From NCBI GenBank assembly GCA_018716405.1, contig DVJX01000056.1, positions 1 through 55,012 of the forward strand: a stretch of DNA of 55,012 nt, written 5' to 3'. This stretch comes from Candidatus Faecisoma merdavium. Lineage in GTDB: Bacteria; Bacillota_I; Bacilli_A; RF39; UBA660. Numbering within the stretch: position 1 is the stretch's first letter; each line of letters starts with the position of its first letter. The position numbers were made by a program, and so were the translations under genes. Below, in pieces: positions 9,352 through 19,557 of this stretch. Below the pieces are notes generated by a model. That model was not told the origin of the DNA, did no database searches, and was given only the letters and a program-made list of their open reading frames with translations.

Positions 9352-10569
9352 TCAATAAGTTTTAACATTTAAATTATATAAATTATTAATTTTGTCTTCT
9401 TTATCTTTTGGTACAGTTATTGTATTTTTATCGCCATCAGATATGAATCTATTATTTTTTAATATGTCAAAATTCATTTCAATATCAAACTCTTTACCAT
9501 TGTTATCATAAGCACGAATTCTTTTCAAAAAAGTTTTATCAAAATTTTTATTAAATGGTGAATAATTCGCTTCCCAACCTACTCTTAAAGTAGCAATTGT
9601 ATTATATTCTTTATCATTATAAACACCTTTTAAAATAGAACTAAAGTTTTCATGCGTTTTATCATATGGTGAACCAAAAGGAAGCGCTACTATGTTAACA
9701 TATTTACCAGGAATATATTTATCTAATAAATTATACATACTGCCTACTTCTTGAATAGATTTATCTTTTGAAACAGATGTAAAATCAACATGTGAATAAG
9801 TATGATTACCTATATCATAACCATTATTTACTAACCAATTTAATATTTTTTCATTATATTCACTTTGGTTAAATAAACCACCATTTATAAAAAATGTTGC
9901 CGTAACATTATAATCAGGGTATTTTTGTTTAAATGACTCTAACACGCCAACAGCACAATTAGGATCAATTATTATATTACCATCACTATCTAGCCCTGTA
10001 ACTTTTAAATTATTAGATAATCCATCATCAAAAGTAATTATTATAGGACTTAATCCAGCTTCTACATCAATTATTCCATTAACATAATCTTCTAATCTAA
10101 TCATTCGATATCCAGAATTATAGTAAAATTCTAAATCATCTATAAAGGCTTGTGTAGTTCTTTGATAACCATCTTTATCAACATTACCACCAGTATACTC
10201 ATTATCAGTAACATTATGAATACCATGATACATCATAATAGGTACATTACCAGATTCATCAACTTTTAATTCTTCATAATTGATACCTTTGGAAATATAA
10301 ATAATTAAATTATCATTTTCATTTATTTTACTATTAACTTCAATACTTTGTTTAAATATCTTATCTTTTTCATAGGAATTACTTACTTCTTTAAATTCTA
10401 AATTTAAATTATACTTATCAGCAAAAATAATAGCTTCTTCTTTAGTCTTTCCAGTTAAATCAATCATTAAATTTAAAGAATCAGTTTTAGAAATCAAAAA
10501 ATATATTGCTGTAAAAATTATAATAACCAACACTATCAATACTATTAAAATTTTATTTATTTTTTTCAT
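9352..10569 (-). CDS. Membrane-anchored PASTA-domain / NodB-type polysaccharide deacetylase
   Basis: Start moved to MKKINKILIV (ATG 10569, SD GGTGGTAAG). A TM segment is followed by a PASTA-like segment (LTGKTKEEA...IIYISKG), then NodB motifs TFDDG and GNHTYSH. Confidence 0.8.
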   Translation of the reverse strand: MKKINKILIVLIVLVIIIFTAIYFLISKTDSLNLMIDLTGKTKEEAIIFADKYNLNLEFKEVSNSYEKDKIFKQSIEVNSKINENDNLIIYISKGINYEELKVDESGNVPIMMYHGIHNVTDNEYTGGNVDKDGYQRTTQAFIDDLEFYYNSGYRMIRLEDYVNGIIDVEAGLSPIIITFDDGLSNNLKVTGLDSDGNIIIDPNCAVGVLESFKQKYPDYNVTATFFINGGLFNQSEYNEKILNWLVNNGYDIGNHTYSHVDFTSVSKDKSIQEVGSMYNLLDKYIPGKYVNIVALPFGSPYDKTHENFSSILKGVYNDKEYNTIATLRVGWEANYSPFNKNFDKTFLKRIRAYDNNGKEFDIEMNFDILKNNRFISDGDKNTITVPKDKEDKINNLYNLNVKTY

Positions 10570-10640
10570 CTTACCACCTATATATATTATACACCCAAAC
10601 AATTATTTTATAAAGACATAAAATAGTATAGGTGATAAAA

Positions 10641-10811
10641 ATGTTTAGAAGATGGAATCATGGTACTTGGTGTCTTTTATTAATTAGTTTAATAATAATA
10701 TTTTGTTGGCAAGTATTTATAACTTTTTTCTTAATTACAAGATTTAATTTGTTTTTATTATTTTTACTATGGATTTTTATACTATATGTTTTGTTCCATA
10801 TAATATGGTGA
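10641..10811 (+). CDS. Possible 56-aa two-TM peptide (below the ORF-track cutoff)
   Basis: AGGTGA lies 6 nt before the ATG. Translation MFRRWNHGTWCLLLISLIIIFCWQVFITFFLITRFNLFLLFLLWIFILYVLFHIIW. Its 3' end overlaps the convergent ysxE-like gene by 30 nt. Confidence 0.25.
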   Translation: MFRRWNHGTWCLLLISLIIIFCWQVFITFFLITRFNLFLLFLLWIFILYVLFHIIW

Positions 10812-11672
10812 AATTAATTTTTCTGTTTTATACATAATATCCATTTGGTTGCTTATTTCTTTAGTTAATTCATAAGTAGACTTATTAAATTCTAATTTAA
10901 TTGGTAAAGCTATTAAAATAAATAATAATATTCTTTCTTCTTTTTTTAATGGATAATTTTTTTCATAATTTTTTAATATTTCACTAAAATCATAATCTAA
11001 TGCATGTCTTTTATATAGAATATATAAATCAAATATAGGAATCCCTATTTTAGATTTATCCCAACTTATTAAATATGAATTATCATTTTTAATAAAATGG
11101 CTTAAATCCAAATTATTATGCAATACAACTACTCTTTGCTTTGTTTTATCTTTTATAAGATTATACCAATTTTCTATTTCATTTTTACAAAAATTCAAAG
11201 AAATAAATATACGTGAAATATTTCTAGCCAACAAATACTCACTTGGACTCATATAAACATGACTTTCTATTATTGTTATCATTTCATTATAATAATCTTC
11301 TAAATATTCTATATTATTTTTTATATCTTCATATATTTGTTTATAATCTTCATAATCAATTTCTTTGAAATGTGTAGTTTTACTATGCAATAAACTAATT
11401 AGATTTATTAAATCCAACATTTTTTGTTCATTTGGATAATCTATTTCTTCAATATATTCACTTATTTCATATTCTTCATCTAAATCATTAATTATCTTAG
11501 GATAATAGTTGAAATTACGTGATTTTAAATAGTTAAATATTTTTTTATTGTAGTTATTTTTTTTTATTACAAAACGCCCAATCTCTGTATCAACAATGGT
11601 TGCCTTACCATTTTTAACATAGCGATTGGGCTTTAATTTGTATTTTTTTAATATTTCATTAATTTGTTTCAT
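10782..11672 (-). CDS. ysxE: CotS/YsxE-family kinase-fold spore-coat protein
   Basis: Phosphotransferase-like layout (GRFVIKK... VVLHNNLDLSHFIKN... ISWDKS). It lies immediately downstream of, and overlaps, a SpoVID-like gene, as in Bacillus spoVID-ysxE. Confidence 0.6.
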   Translation of the reverse strand: MKQINEILKKYKLKPNRYVKNGKATIVDTEIGRFVIKKNNYNKKIFNYLKSRNFNYYPKIINDLDEEYEISEYIEEIDYPNEQKMLDLINLISLLHSKTTHFKEIDYEDYKQIYEDIKNNIEYLEDYYNEMITIIESHVYMSPSEYLLARNISRIFISLNFCKNEIENWYNLIKDKTKQRVVVLHNNLDLSHFIKNDNSYLISWDKSKIGIPIFDLYILYKRHALDYDFSEILKNYEKNYPLKKEERILLFILIALPIKLEFNKSTYELTKEISNQMDIMYKTEKLISPYYMEQNI

Positions 11673-12258
11673 ATAAAGAAGGAATAATTAATTTATCGCC
11701 TATTTTTATATCACTAATATCATTATATTGTTCTAAGAGTTCTTTGGTTATATTGTATTTTAAAATAATACTCTCTATATTATCATTTTCTTTTACTATA
11801 CAAACTTTATATGTTGAATAAGTTTCACTTGAATCATCAAAATTATCAAATATATTCTTAACATCATTAGTATCAACTCGTGGCATATCTTCTTCTTTAA
11901 AAACTTTTTCTATTTTTTCCTCTTCATATTTAAATGGTGGTAAGACTTCTTCTAAATTATCTAAACCTATTTCAATTGAAACTATTAATTTATTATCATT
12001 TATTTCATAATAAAAATCATCAATATCAATAGTTATGTTATCTAATTTATATCTATCACTCATTTCGATATTAACTGGAATATTATATTTAAAATCTAAT
12101 GTATTTTCATCATTTGTAGAATAACTACCACTTATCACTAAATTACCCTTAATAGTTCTATCTTCTAAGTTTAATTCATGATCTAAAGCAATACTAACTA
12201 TTTCTGAAATATTATTTTTAAAAGTTAGATCTTTTTTCAATGGCACTGTTTTTTTCAT
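11659..12258 (-). CDS. spoVID: SpoVID-like protein with a C-terminal LysM domain
   Basis: C-terminal LysM (YKVCIVKENDNIESIILKYNITKELLEQYNDISDIKIGDKLIIP). The N-terminal region resembles the SpoVID N-domain. Synteny with ysxE supports the call. Confidence 0.55.
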   Translation of the reverse strand: MKKTVPLKKDLTFKNNISEIVSIALDHELNLEDRTIKGNLVISGSYSTNDENTLDFKYNIPVNIEMSDRYKLDNITIDIDDFYYEINDNKLIVSIEIGLDNLEEVLPPFKYEEEKIEKVFKEEDMPRVDTNDVKNIFDNFDDSSETYSTYKVCIVKENDNIESIILKYNITKELLEQYNDISDIKIGDKLIIPSLYETN

Positions 12259-12302
12259 ATAATCACCCTAATAAATTATATGAATAATTAATCAAAATAT
12301 AC

Positions 12303-12327
12303 AAAAAAATGAAACTAATTTGTTTCA
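12303..12327 (-). terminator. Terminator overlapping the der stop codon
   Basis: TGAAAC-aaauua-GUUUCA hairpin followed by U7 on the minus strand. Confidence 0.45.
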
Positions 12328-13628
12328 CCTTTATTTTTAAATTGTAACTTTATTGGTGTTCCTTCAAAATCAAATGATTCTCTTATTTTATTTTCTAAAT
12401 ATCTTTCATATGAAAAATGAACTAAACCTTTACTATTTACTTGAATATTAAATGTTGGTGGTTTACTAGAAACTTGATTTGTAAAATAGATTTTTAATCT
12501 TTTTCCTTTATAAGAAGGCGGTAAATTAAGATTATATGCATCAATAATACAATCGTTAATCAAATTGGTAGCTATCTTTTTATTACTATTTTCATATACT
12601 TTAATTATTTCAGGCATTAATGTATGAATTCTCTTCTTAGTTAAAGCTGACAAATAAACAATCGGTGCATATGTCATAAATTGGAATTGATTTCTTATTT
12701 CTTTAGTAAATTGTTTCATTCTTTCATCTTTGCTTTCAACAGTATCCCATTTATTTACAACAATAACTATAGGTTTTCCTGCTTCAATTGCATATCCAGC
12801 AATATGTTTATCGTGTTCTATAATACCACTTTCAGCATCAATTACTAATACACACACATCTGATCTATCAATAGCTTTTAAACTTCTTAACAAGCTATAT
12901 TTTTCAACGGTTTCATATATTTTACCTTTTTTTCTCATACCAGCTGTATCGATTACAACAAATTTTTCGTTATGATATGTAAATGGGGTATCAATAGCAT
13001 CACGGGTTGTCCCAGCCACATTACTAACTATAACTCTTTCTTCATTTAAAAGTGCATTAACTAAACTACTTTTTCCTACATTTGGTCTTCCTATAACACT
13101 AAATTTAATAACATCGTTATCTTCTTCTTCATATTCTTTAAAATCTTTTGTTATTTCAATTAGTAATTCATAAATTCCTTCATTTTGTTCTGAACTTATA
13201 TTTACATAATTATCAAAACCCAATTCATAAAAATCATAAATATTATTTTTTGCTAATTTACTATCTATTTTATTTATCGCAACAATTATTTTTTTTCTTG
13301 ATTTTAATAGCATATCTTTAACAACTAAATCATTTTGAGTAATTCCTTCCTTAGCATCAACTACGAAAACAATAACATCTGCTTCATTAATTGCTATTTC
13401 AGCTTGCAGTTTGATTTCATTATTAAATTCTGCACTACTCATATCAATACCACCAGTATCAATCAAATGAAAAGAATATTCATTAAATTTTACATCACCA
13501 TATATTCTATCTCTTGTAATACCAGGAATATCTTCAATTATTGCTATTTTATTTCCAACTAATCTATTAAATAATGTACTTTTTCCTACATTTGGTCTTC
13601 CTACCAATGCAACAACTGGTTTTTTCAT
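12315..13628 (-). CDS. der: Ribosome-biogenesis GTPase Der (EngA)
   Basis: Two tandem GTPase domains (GRPNVGKST twice; DTGG/DTAG; NKxD twice) and a KH-like C-terminus. Confidence 0.95.
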   Translation of the reverse strand: MKKPVVALVGRPNVGKSTLFNRLVGNKIAIIEDIPGITRDRIYGDVKFNEYSFHLIDTGGIDMSSAEFNNEIKLQAEIAINEADVIVFVVDAKEGITQNDLVVKDMLLKSRKKIIVAINKIDSKLAKNNIYDFYELGFDNYVNISSEQNEGIYELLIEITKDFKEYEEEDNDVIKFSVIGRPNVGKSSLVNALLNEERVIVSNVAGTTRDAIDTPFTYHNEKFVVIDTAGMRKKGKIYETVEKYSLLRSLKAIDRSDVCVLVIDAESGIIEHDKHIAGYAIEAGKPIVIVVNKWDTVESKDERMKQFTKEIRNQFQFMTYAPIVYLSALTKKRIHTLMPEIIKVYENSNKKIATNLINDCIIDAYNLNLPPSYKGKRLKIYFTNQVSSKPPTFNIQVNSKGLVHFSYERYLENKIRESFDFEGTPIKLQFKNKGETN

Positions 13629-14077
13629 AAATTCACCTTCTTACCACAAAATAATATTTTTTTTATATCATTACCATATATAATTTTACAAAATTCTAAA
13701 ATACTATCCAAACTTTTTTTATCATCTATTTTTAAATATAATTTATTATCATATATTATAGTTTCATTCATAATTTTTTTATTAAAATATTCATAATCTA
13801 ATTCATATAAAAATTGTTCTTTCTTCAATTTTATTTCCATATCAACTTGATTAAAATAATCATAGCAATCAAAATTATCCTCTACTATTTCAATTATACT
13901 TCCATAAATTTTATCTATATGGACAACTATAGTATAATAACCATTCAACTTTATATTATATTTATTTTTTATTTTTATAAGCAATTCTTCAAAATACTTA
14001 TATAGATCAATTTTTTCATAATCTATTTTTTTATTACAATAAATTATTATTTTGTCATCAACAACACTTAATTTCAA
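13625..14077 (-). CDS. Hypothetical 150-aa protein, overlaps the der start by 4 nt
   Basis: Coding-like ORF whose stop overlaps the der start, suggesting translational coupling. No recognised motif. Confidence 0.5.
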   Translation of the reverse strand: MKLSVVDDKIIIYCNKKIDYEKIDLYKYFEELLIKIKNKYNIKLNGYYTIVVHIDKIYGSIIEIVEDNFDCYDYFNQVDMEIKLKKEQFLYELDYEYFNKKIMNETIIYDNKLYLKIDDKKSLDSILEFCKIIYGNDIKKILFCGKKVNL

Positions 14078-14118
14078 TTAAATCACCTAATTTATTGTAT
14101 GAAATTACATAAAGAATG

Positions 14119-14700
14119 CTAAAATGTTCTCTCTATTTTTTGATATATTTCATCTTTACCTATTTTTGTAACATTACTAAACATAACGAATTCATCGCCT
14201 ACAACTAAATCCAAATCTTCTAATATAACATTTCTTTGTTGTTGTTGCTTAGTAATAGGAATTTTATCTACTTTAGTAGCTACAATAGTTACAGGCAATT
14301 TATAATACTTCAAAAAATTATACATCATAATATCATCATTAGATAATTTGTGTCTAAAATCTATCAACATAAAAACTTGCTTCAAATTTTTTCTGCTAGT
14401 TAAATAATCTTCCATCATTAAACCAAACTTTTTTTGTTTCTTTTTATTAACTTGTGCATATCCATATCCTGGGGCGTCAACTAAATAAAACATATCATTT
14501 ACCAAATAAAAATTTATTGTTTGTGTCTTACCAGGAGTTGCAGAAGTTCTTGCATAGTTTTTTCTATTTATTAAAGTATTAATAAAACTACTTTTACCTA
14601 CATTAGATCTACCAACCAATAAAAATTCTGATTTATTATCTGTTGGATATTGACTACGTCTCACTGCACTTATAACTAAATTTACTGAACTTATTTTCAT
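14119..14700 (-). CDS. engB: Ribosome-biogenesis GTPase EngB/YsxC
   Basis: GRSNVGKSS P-loop, DAPGYG and TKVDK motifs, typical ~195 aa length. Confidence 0.9.
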   Translation of the reverse strand: MKISSVNLVISAVRRSQYPTDNKSEFLLVGRSNVGKSSFINTLINRKNYARTSATPGKTQTINFYLVNDMFYLVDAPGYGYAQVNKKKQKKFGLMMEDYLTSRKNLKQVFMLIDFRHKLSNDDIMMYNFLKYYKLPVTIVATKVDKIPITKQQQQRNVILEDLDLVVGDEFVMFSNVTKIGKDEIYQKIERTF

Positions 14701-14740
14701 TACAATTCACCCCTTTAGCTATTTAATTATAGCATTACCT

Positions 14741-14768
14741 AAAAAAAAAGTCAAAGTTATCTTGACTT
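14741..14768 (-). terminator. Rho-independent terminator
   Basis: AAGUCAA-gauaacu-UUGACUU followed by U9 on the minus strand. Confidence 0.5.
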
Positions 14769-14969
14769 AGAATTAATATTAATATAATCCATTCCATAAA
14801 ATACATCGTGTGAAACAAATTTACCACTTCTTGAATCAAAGGCAAAAAGATAAGAAGTTATCTCTTCAACTAATTTAAAAATACCTTCTAATTTTTCTTT
14901 TCAATAAGTAGTAAAATATTGAGTTGTAAAAATTAGTATTTCTAAAGTAAAAACATCTGTATCATTCAT
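14757..14969 (-). pseudogene. 70-codon ORF interrupted by one in-frame TGA
   Basis: MNDTDVFTLEILIFTTQYFTTY-TGA-KEKLEGIFKLVEEITSYLFAFDSRSGKFVSHDVFYGMDYININSKSR. It lies directly downstream of the HExxH gene and ends inside the terminator stem. Confidence 0.3.
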
Positions 14970-14989
14970 ATTTACCAAATTAAATAGTT

Positions 14990-16033
14990 TTAAACTTGCA
15001 TACCAGTTTTATAATCAGATTTATTATCCACATATTCATCAAGTGCTTGTAATGTTTTTTTAAAAAAATCACCATCATTTATATCAATACCTATACTTAG
15101 ACAGATATCATAAACAGTTTTATTATCATATTCGTTAATGTGATTATTTAAATGAATAATGTCTTCAAGTCTAGAATATTTAAAAGCATAAATAGCTAAA
15201 ATTGTTCCTAATATATATCGATAGTTTTGAGTTATAAATTCTTCACTTAATATACGCCCAATTAAATTAGGATTTTCTTTAATTTTTTCTTTATTATTTT
15301 GCTCTATTAAAGATAAAATTTCACACAAACTAAAACATTCATTTTCAAATTCTTCTTTTTTTATATTTAAGATAAATTGTTGCAATAAAGAAACTGTATC
15401 ATTGTTTAAATTACCAAATTTTATGAAAGCTAATAAAGGTATTTCATATTGAAAAAAGATAGTAGAATGTCTCTCGACACTTTTAATTCTAGAAAAATAA
15501 TCTATTTCTTCTTTGTTTATTCCTTTTTTTAGAAGATAATCAATTGCATAGATTTCAAAATAAATTGATAAAAATTCTGTAAAATAGTGACGATTTATTG
15601 TATTTTTTTTCCCATTTGTATAATGAATAAACTCATGAATTAATACTATTACGTCGTTATAATTAAATTCTCTATTAATATTTATGATTTGTTTTACTTG
15701 ATTTCTCCTATGCATACTTATACACACCGAATCTTCGTAATCATTTTCAAAACTAAAATCTAACTCCCCACTTTTAATTAAATTATCAAAGCTTTCTAAA
15801 TAACTTTTATCTATACTGCTTATAATTTCTCTAGCAAGAAAAAAAACATCTAAAAATGTCAACTTATTTTGTTTTGTTTCATTTTCTAAATAATAAGTCC
15901 CTATGTGTTTAAAAAATTCGTCATTTAATATAGAAATATTATGAATATTTTCTAATAGAAATAAATTTTCTTTTTCTAAATATTTACAAATTTCATTTAA
16001 ATAATAATTTAGTTTATCATAAATTTCTTGCAT
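14990..16033 (-). CDS. Hypothetical protein with an HExxH motif (putative zinc metallopeptidase)
   Basis: VLIHEFIHYTNG contains HEFIH. 347 aa, no signal peptide. It abuts the 3' end of ssrA. Confidence 0.5.
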   Translation of the reverse strand: MQEIYDKLNYYLNEICKYLEKENLFLLENIHNISILNDEFFKHIGTYYLENETKQNKLTFLDVFFLAREIISSIDKSYLESFDNLIKSGELDFSFENDYEDSVCISMHRRNQVKQIININREFNYNDVIVLIHEFIHYTNGKKNTINRHYFTEFLSIYFEIYAIDYLLKKGINKEEIDYFSRIKSVERHSTIFFQYEIPLLAFIKFGNLNNDTVSLLQQFILNIKKEEFENECFSLCEILSLIEQNNKEKIKENPNLIGRILSEEFITQNYRYILGTILAIYAFKYSRLEDIIHLNNHINEYDNKTVYDICLSIGIDINDGDFFKKTLQALDEYVDNKSDYKTGMQV

Positions 16034-16091
16034 TTTTTTCTCCTTTTTATATTAAAAATAGTCCCATGATTTTAGGACTTTGTTAACATAT

Positions 16092-16434
16092 TGGTGGAGT
16101 CGAGGGGAATCGCACCCCTGTCCGAAAATATAAAGTTTAAAGTTCTACAAGTTTAGATAATTTGTTAATGTCCTAAATAATAATAAACTATCAAAATTTT
16201 ATTTAGTAATTTCTATATTAATTCATTAATAATCCTAGAAAAAAACTATTAATATAACTCACTAATCGAGCCTCTTTTATATTTCGTGAGTAAAAATATA
16301 AAGAAGCAGCCTTCTAATCTATTAAGCGAAAGCTAATTGATTTCTGTTTCCAGTTATTTTTAAATTTGAATGTATCGTATATCTTACGACTTGCCCTTTA
16401 AAAATTATTATTCCCGTCGAAACTAAGCGACCCC
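16092..16434 (-). ncRNA. ssrA: tmRNA (SsrA)
   Basis: 5' GGGGUCGCUUAGUUUCGACGGG and 3' GGACAGGGGUGCGAUUCCCCUCGACUCCACCA form a tRNA-like domain. An internal reading frame reads ...GGA AAC AGA AAU CAA UUA GCU UUC GCU UAA (tag ending GNRNQLAFA). Adjacent to smpB. Confidence 0.9.
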
Positions 16435-16445
16435 AAGTGATATAA

Positions 16446-16474
16446 ATTATATCACATTTTTTCTTATAAATCAA
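16446..16474 (-). promoter_or_regulatory. Promoter for ssrA
   Basis: TTGATT, 17-nt spacer, TATAAT with an upstream TG (TGATATAAT), just after the smpB stop and ~12 nt before the tmRNA 5' end. Confidence 0.5.
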
Positions 16475-16475
16475 T

Positions 16476-16913
16476 CTAATAATTCTTTAAATCTTTAGCC
16501 AATTGTCTTTCTATATCTTTTTTCTTTATAGATTCTCTTTTATCATAATTTTTCTTACCTTTAGCTAAACCTATTAGCAATTTTGCTTTGCTACCCTTAA
16601 AATATAGTTTAATTGGAACTAAAGTAAATCCATCTATTTCTATTTTATCTCTTAACTTTAATATTTCTTTTTTATGCATTAGTAATTTTCTTGTTCTAGT
16701 TTCTTCATGATTAAATCTATTTCCTTGTTCATATTGACTAATATGCATATTAAGAATAAATATTTCATTATTCTTAATAATTGCATAACTGTCTTTTAAA
16801 TTACATTTTCCTAATCTTATTGATTTAATTTCTGTTCCAGTTAAAACAATACCTGTTTCAAATGTGTCAATTATTTCATAATCAAAATTAACTTTCCTGT
16901 TTTGTATCTCCAT
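16476..16913 (-). CDS. smpB: SsrA-binding protein
   Basis: NRKVNFDYEI...GTEIKS...LLMHKKEI motifs, 145 aa. Confidence 0.95.
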   Translation of the reverse strand: MEIQNRKVNFDYEIIDTFETGIVLTGTEIKSIRLGKCNLKDSYAIIKNNEIFILNMHISQYEQGNRFNHEETRTRKLLMHKKEILKLRDKIEIDGFTLVPIKLYFKGSKAKLLIGLAKGKKNYDKRESIKKKDIERQLAKDLKNY

Positions 16914-18996
16914 CTCTTACCACCTCGAAGTCAATTGTTCTTTTTTCTTTATCCGCAGCTACGACTCTTACTTTAACACTATCTCCTAATCTAAATCCTC
17001 GTTTATCTTTATTACCTCTTACTGTAAATGTAGTTTCATCGTAAGTATAATAATCCCCTTTAATACTATCTAATCTAACTAATCCTTCAATTAAATTAGG
17101 AAGTTCTACAAACATTCCAAAAGGCATAACTGAACTGATAATTCCTTCATATTCTTCACCAATATGATCCATCATATATTCTGCTTTTTTCATATCATCA
17201 ACTGCTCGTTCACATTCAATACTTCTTCTTTCCATACCAGATGTATGTTCGGCTACAAAAGGTAACTCCCTTTCATAAAAGTTAATTGTTTCATTATTTA
17301 TATTATTATCAAATATATAAGTATGTAGTAATCTATGCACTGTTGTATCTGGATATCTTCTAATAGGAGACGTAAAGTGAGTATAACATTTACTAGCGAT
17401 ACCAAAATGTCCTATATTATTTGTATCATATATAGCTTTTTGCATACTTCTTAAAAGTAAAGCTGATAGTAAATGAAATTCTTTTTTATCTTTTAATTGA
17501 CCCAATATATTTTGCATAGTTTTGGGAGTTAATTTATGTAAATCTTCTTTTACTTTATAACCTAAAATATTTAAAAATCTCATAAAATTATTAATTTTTT
17601 CTTCATTAGGTTCACCATGAATACGATAGATAAAAGGTAATTCCATATAATAAATGTGAGTAGCTACTGTTTCGTTGGCAGCTATCATAAAGTCTTCAAT
17701 TAATTTTTCTCCTTCTCCTCGATATCTTAAAGTGACATCAATGGCTTTTCCTTTATCATCAACTATTATTTTAGATTCATCAATATCAAAATCTATATAA
17801 CCTCTATTTTCTTTATTTTTACGTAAGATATGAGCAAGTTCTAACATCAATCTTAATTTATCTTCATATTCTTCGTATCCTTCTGGTACTATATTTTCTT
17901 CTAATATTTTATTAACATTTTTATATGTCATTTGTTTTCTAGATCTAATAACAGTTTGTAAAATATCATAATCTACAACATTACCATTTTTATCTATTTG
18001 CATAATACAAGATAAAGCTAGTCTATCAACATTAGGATTTAATGAACAAATACCATTAGATAATTTATGAGGTAACATTGGTATTACTCTATCAGCTAAA
18101 TAAACACTAGTTCCTCGATCAAATGCTTCACTATCTAATGCTGTATTAGGTCTAACATAATAACTTACATCAGCAATATGAACTCCTAATTTATAATTAT
18201 CCCCAATTTTCTCAATTGATATTGCATCATCAATATCTTTAGTATCATCGCCATCGATAGTAAATATCATTTCATCTCTTAAATCAGTTCTTCCAATTAA
18301 ATCTTTTTCTAATACTTCATCAGGTAAATTATCTACTTCTTTCATTACCTCATCACTAAAAGTATCAGGAATACCCATTTCATTAGTAATAGATAGTATA
18401 TCTACACCTGGATCATTCTTGTGACCTAATATTTTAATAACTTCACCTTTATAATTATTATCTTTTAATTTATTAGTTATTTTTACTAATACTTTATGAC
18501 CAGGCATAGCACCCATAGTTTTATCTAATTTAATAGTTATTTTTACTCTTTCATCATCTAAATCTACATAAGGAACATTTTTATTAAAATATACTTCTCC
18601 TACCATTTGTTTAAATTTACGATCAACTATTTTAACTATTCTACCTTCTAAATCAATACCTTTTGGTGAAGTGATTTCTACTACTACTCTATCACCATGA
18701 ATTGCCCCGTTCATGTTAGTTGGTGCGACAAAAACATCATCATCGCCATCAATATCAACAAATCCATAACCTTTTTTATTAGCTATCATTGTACCTAATT
18801 TTAAATGACTATTAGTAAATAATAAATAATTATTTTTTTTAGTTCTATATATTTTCAAACTATCTTCCATTTGATTTAATACTTTTAATAGTTGCTTTAG
18901 TTCATCTACACTATTAAAACCTAATCCATCATTAATTTCAGTAACTGATAAAGCTTTGTCACTATTTTTTAATAATTCTATAATTTTTTCTTCCAT
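16888..18996 (-). CDS. rnr: Ribonuclease R
   Basis: Cold-shock-like N-terminal domains, an RNB catalytic domain (DDAISIE, HFTSPIRRYPD) and a C-terminal S1 domain. Confidence 0.95.
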   Translation of the reverse strand: MEEKIIELLKNSDKALSVTEINDGLGFNSVDELKQLLKVLNQMEDSLKIYRTKKNNYLLFTNSHLKLGTMIANKKGYGFVDIDGDDDVFVAPTNMNGAIHGDRVVVEITSPKGIDLEGRIVKIVDRKFKQMVGEVYFNKNVPYVDLDDERVKITIKLDKTMGAMPGHKVLVKITNKLKDNNYKGEVIKILGHKNDPGVDILSITNEMGIPDTFSDEVMKEVDNLPDEVLEKDLIGRTDLRDEMIFTIDGDDTKDIDDAISIEKIGDNYKLGVHIADVSYYVRPNTALDSEAFDRGTSVYLADRVIPMLPHKLSNGICSLNPNVDRLALSCIMQIDKNGNVVDYDILQTVIRSRKQMTYKNVNKILEENIVPEGYEEYEDKLRLMLELAHILRKNKENRGYIDFDIDESKIIVDDKGKAIDVTLRYRGEGEKLIEDFMIAANETVATHIYYMELPFIYRIHGEPNEEKINNFMRFLNILGYKVKEDLHKLTPKTMQNILGQLKDKKEFHLLSALLLRSMQKAIYDTNNIGHFGIASKCYTHFTSPIRRYPDTTVHRLLHTYIFDNNINNETINFYERELPFVAEHTSGMERRSIECERAVDDMKKAEYMMDHIGEEYEGIISSVMPFGMFVELPNLIEGLVRLDSIKGDYYTYDETTFTVRGNKDKRGFRLGDSVKVRVVAADKEKRTIDFEVVRDGDTKQES

Positions 18997-19005
18997 AAAA
19001 TCCTC

Positions 19006-19557
19006 CTAAAAATTATCAATTAAATATCTAATTAATAATTTTTTATTTTTGTATTCAAATATGAAACTTAATATAAATAATACATTGCCAAATAAAGTAA
19101 TAATAATATCTTTCATAGTGTCATATACACCGGTAGCTTTCCTTTGCATGTCACCATTAAAGAGATTATCAACCATAAATTCAAATATCTCCCATAACCC
19201 TGAAGTGGCTAAAGAAAATATAAAAATAAACAAGCATATAAATATTAAATTGTCAAATTTTTTAAATTTTTTTAGTATCAATATCGCTAATAAGCTTGAT
19301 AAAAATCCCCATATAAAATGTGAAAAATTGTCATACCAATAAATAGTTTTATAAAAATGTAATTGACATCCTAAAAATAATGATATAAAACTAAATATTA
19401 GATATAAAAAAGTAATAATAGGTTTTAGTTTTAAAATAAAAGGAATTATAACAACTAAACTAAATAATAATATTGTTATATCTTTATTTATAAATGTAAA
19501 TATAACTGAAATAAAACAAAATACAAAAGAAATTAATATATTTATTTTATTCAACAT
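19006..19557 (-). CDS. Polytopic membrane protein, unknown function
   Basis: About five hydrophobic helices. Overlaps the rmuC end by 11 nt. Confidence 0.5.
   Translation of the reverse strand: MLNKINILISFVFCFISVIFTFINKDITILLFSLVVIIPFILKLKPIITFLYLIFSFISLFLGCQLHFYKTIYWYDNFSHFIWGFLSSLLAILILKKFKKFDNLIFICLFIFIFSLATSGLWEIFEFMVDNLFNGDMQRKATGVYDTMKDIIITLFGNVLFILSFIFEYKNKKLLIRYLIDNF

Noticed and set aside
14901-14903. The idea that the in-frame TGA means genetic code 4 (TGA = Trp), as in Mollicutes.
   Set aside because: TGA clearly terminates several well-defined genes here, including yigZ, mazF and the SpoIID-CHAP hydrolase. The long conserved genes also read through without needing TGA as a sense codon. 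Code 11 fits.
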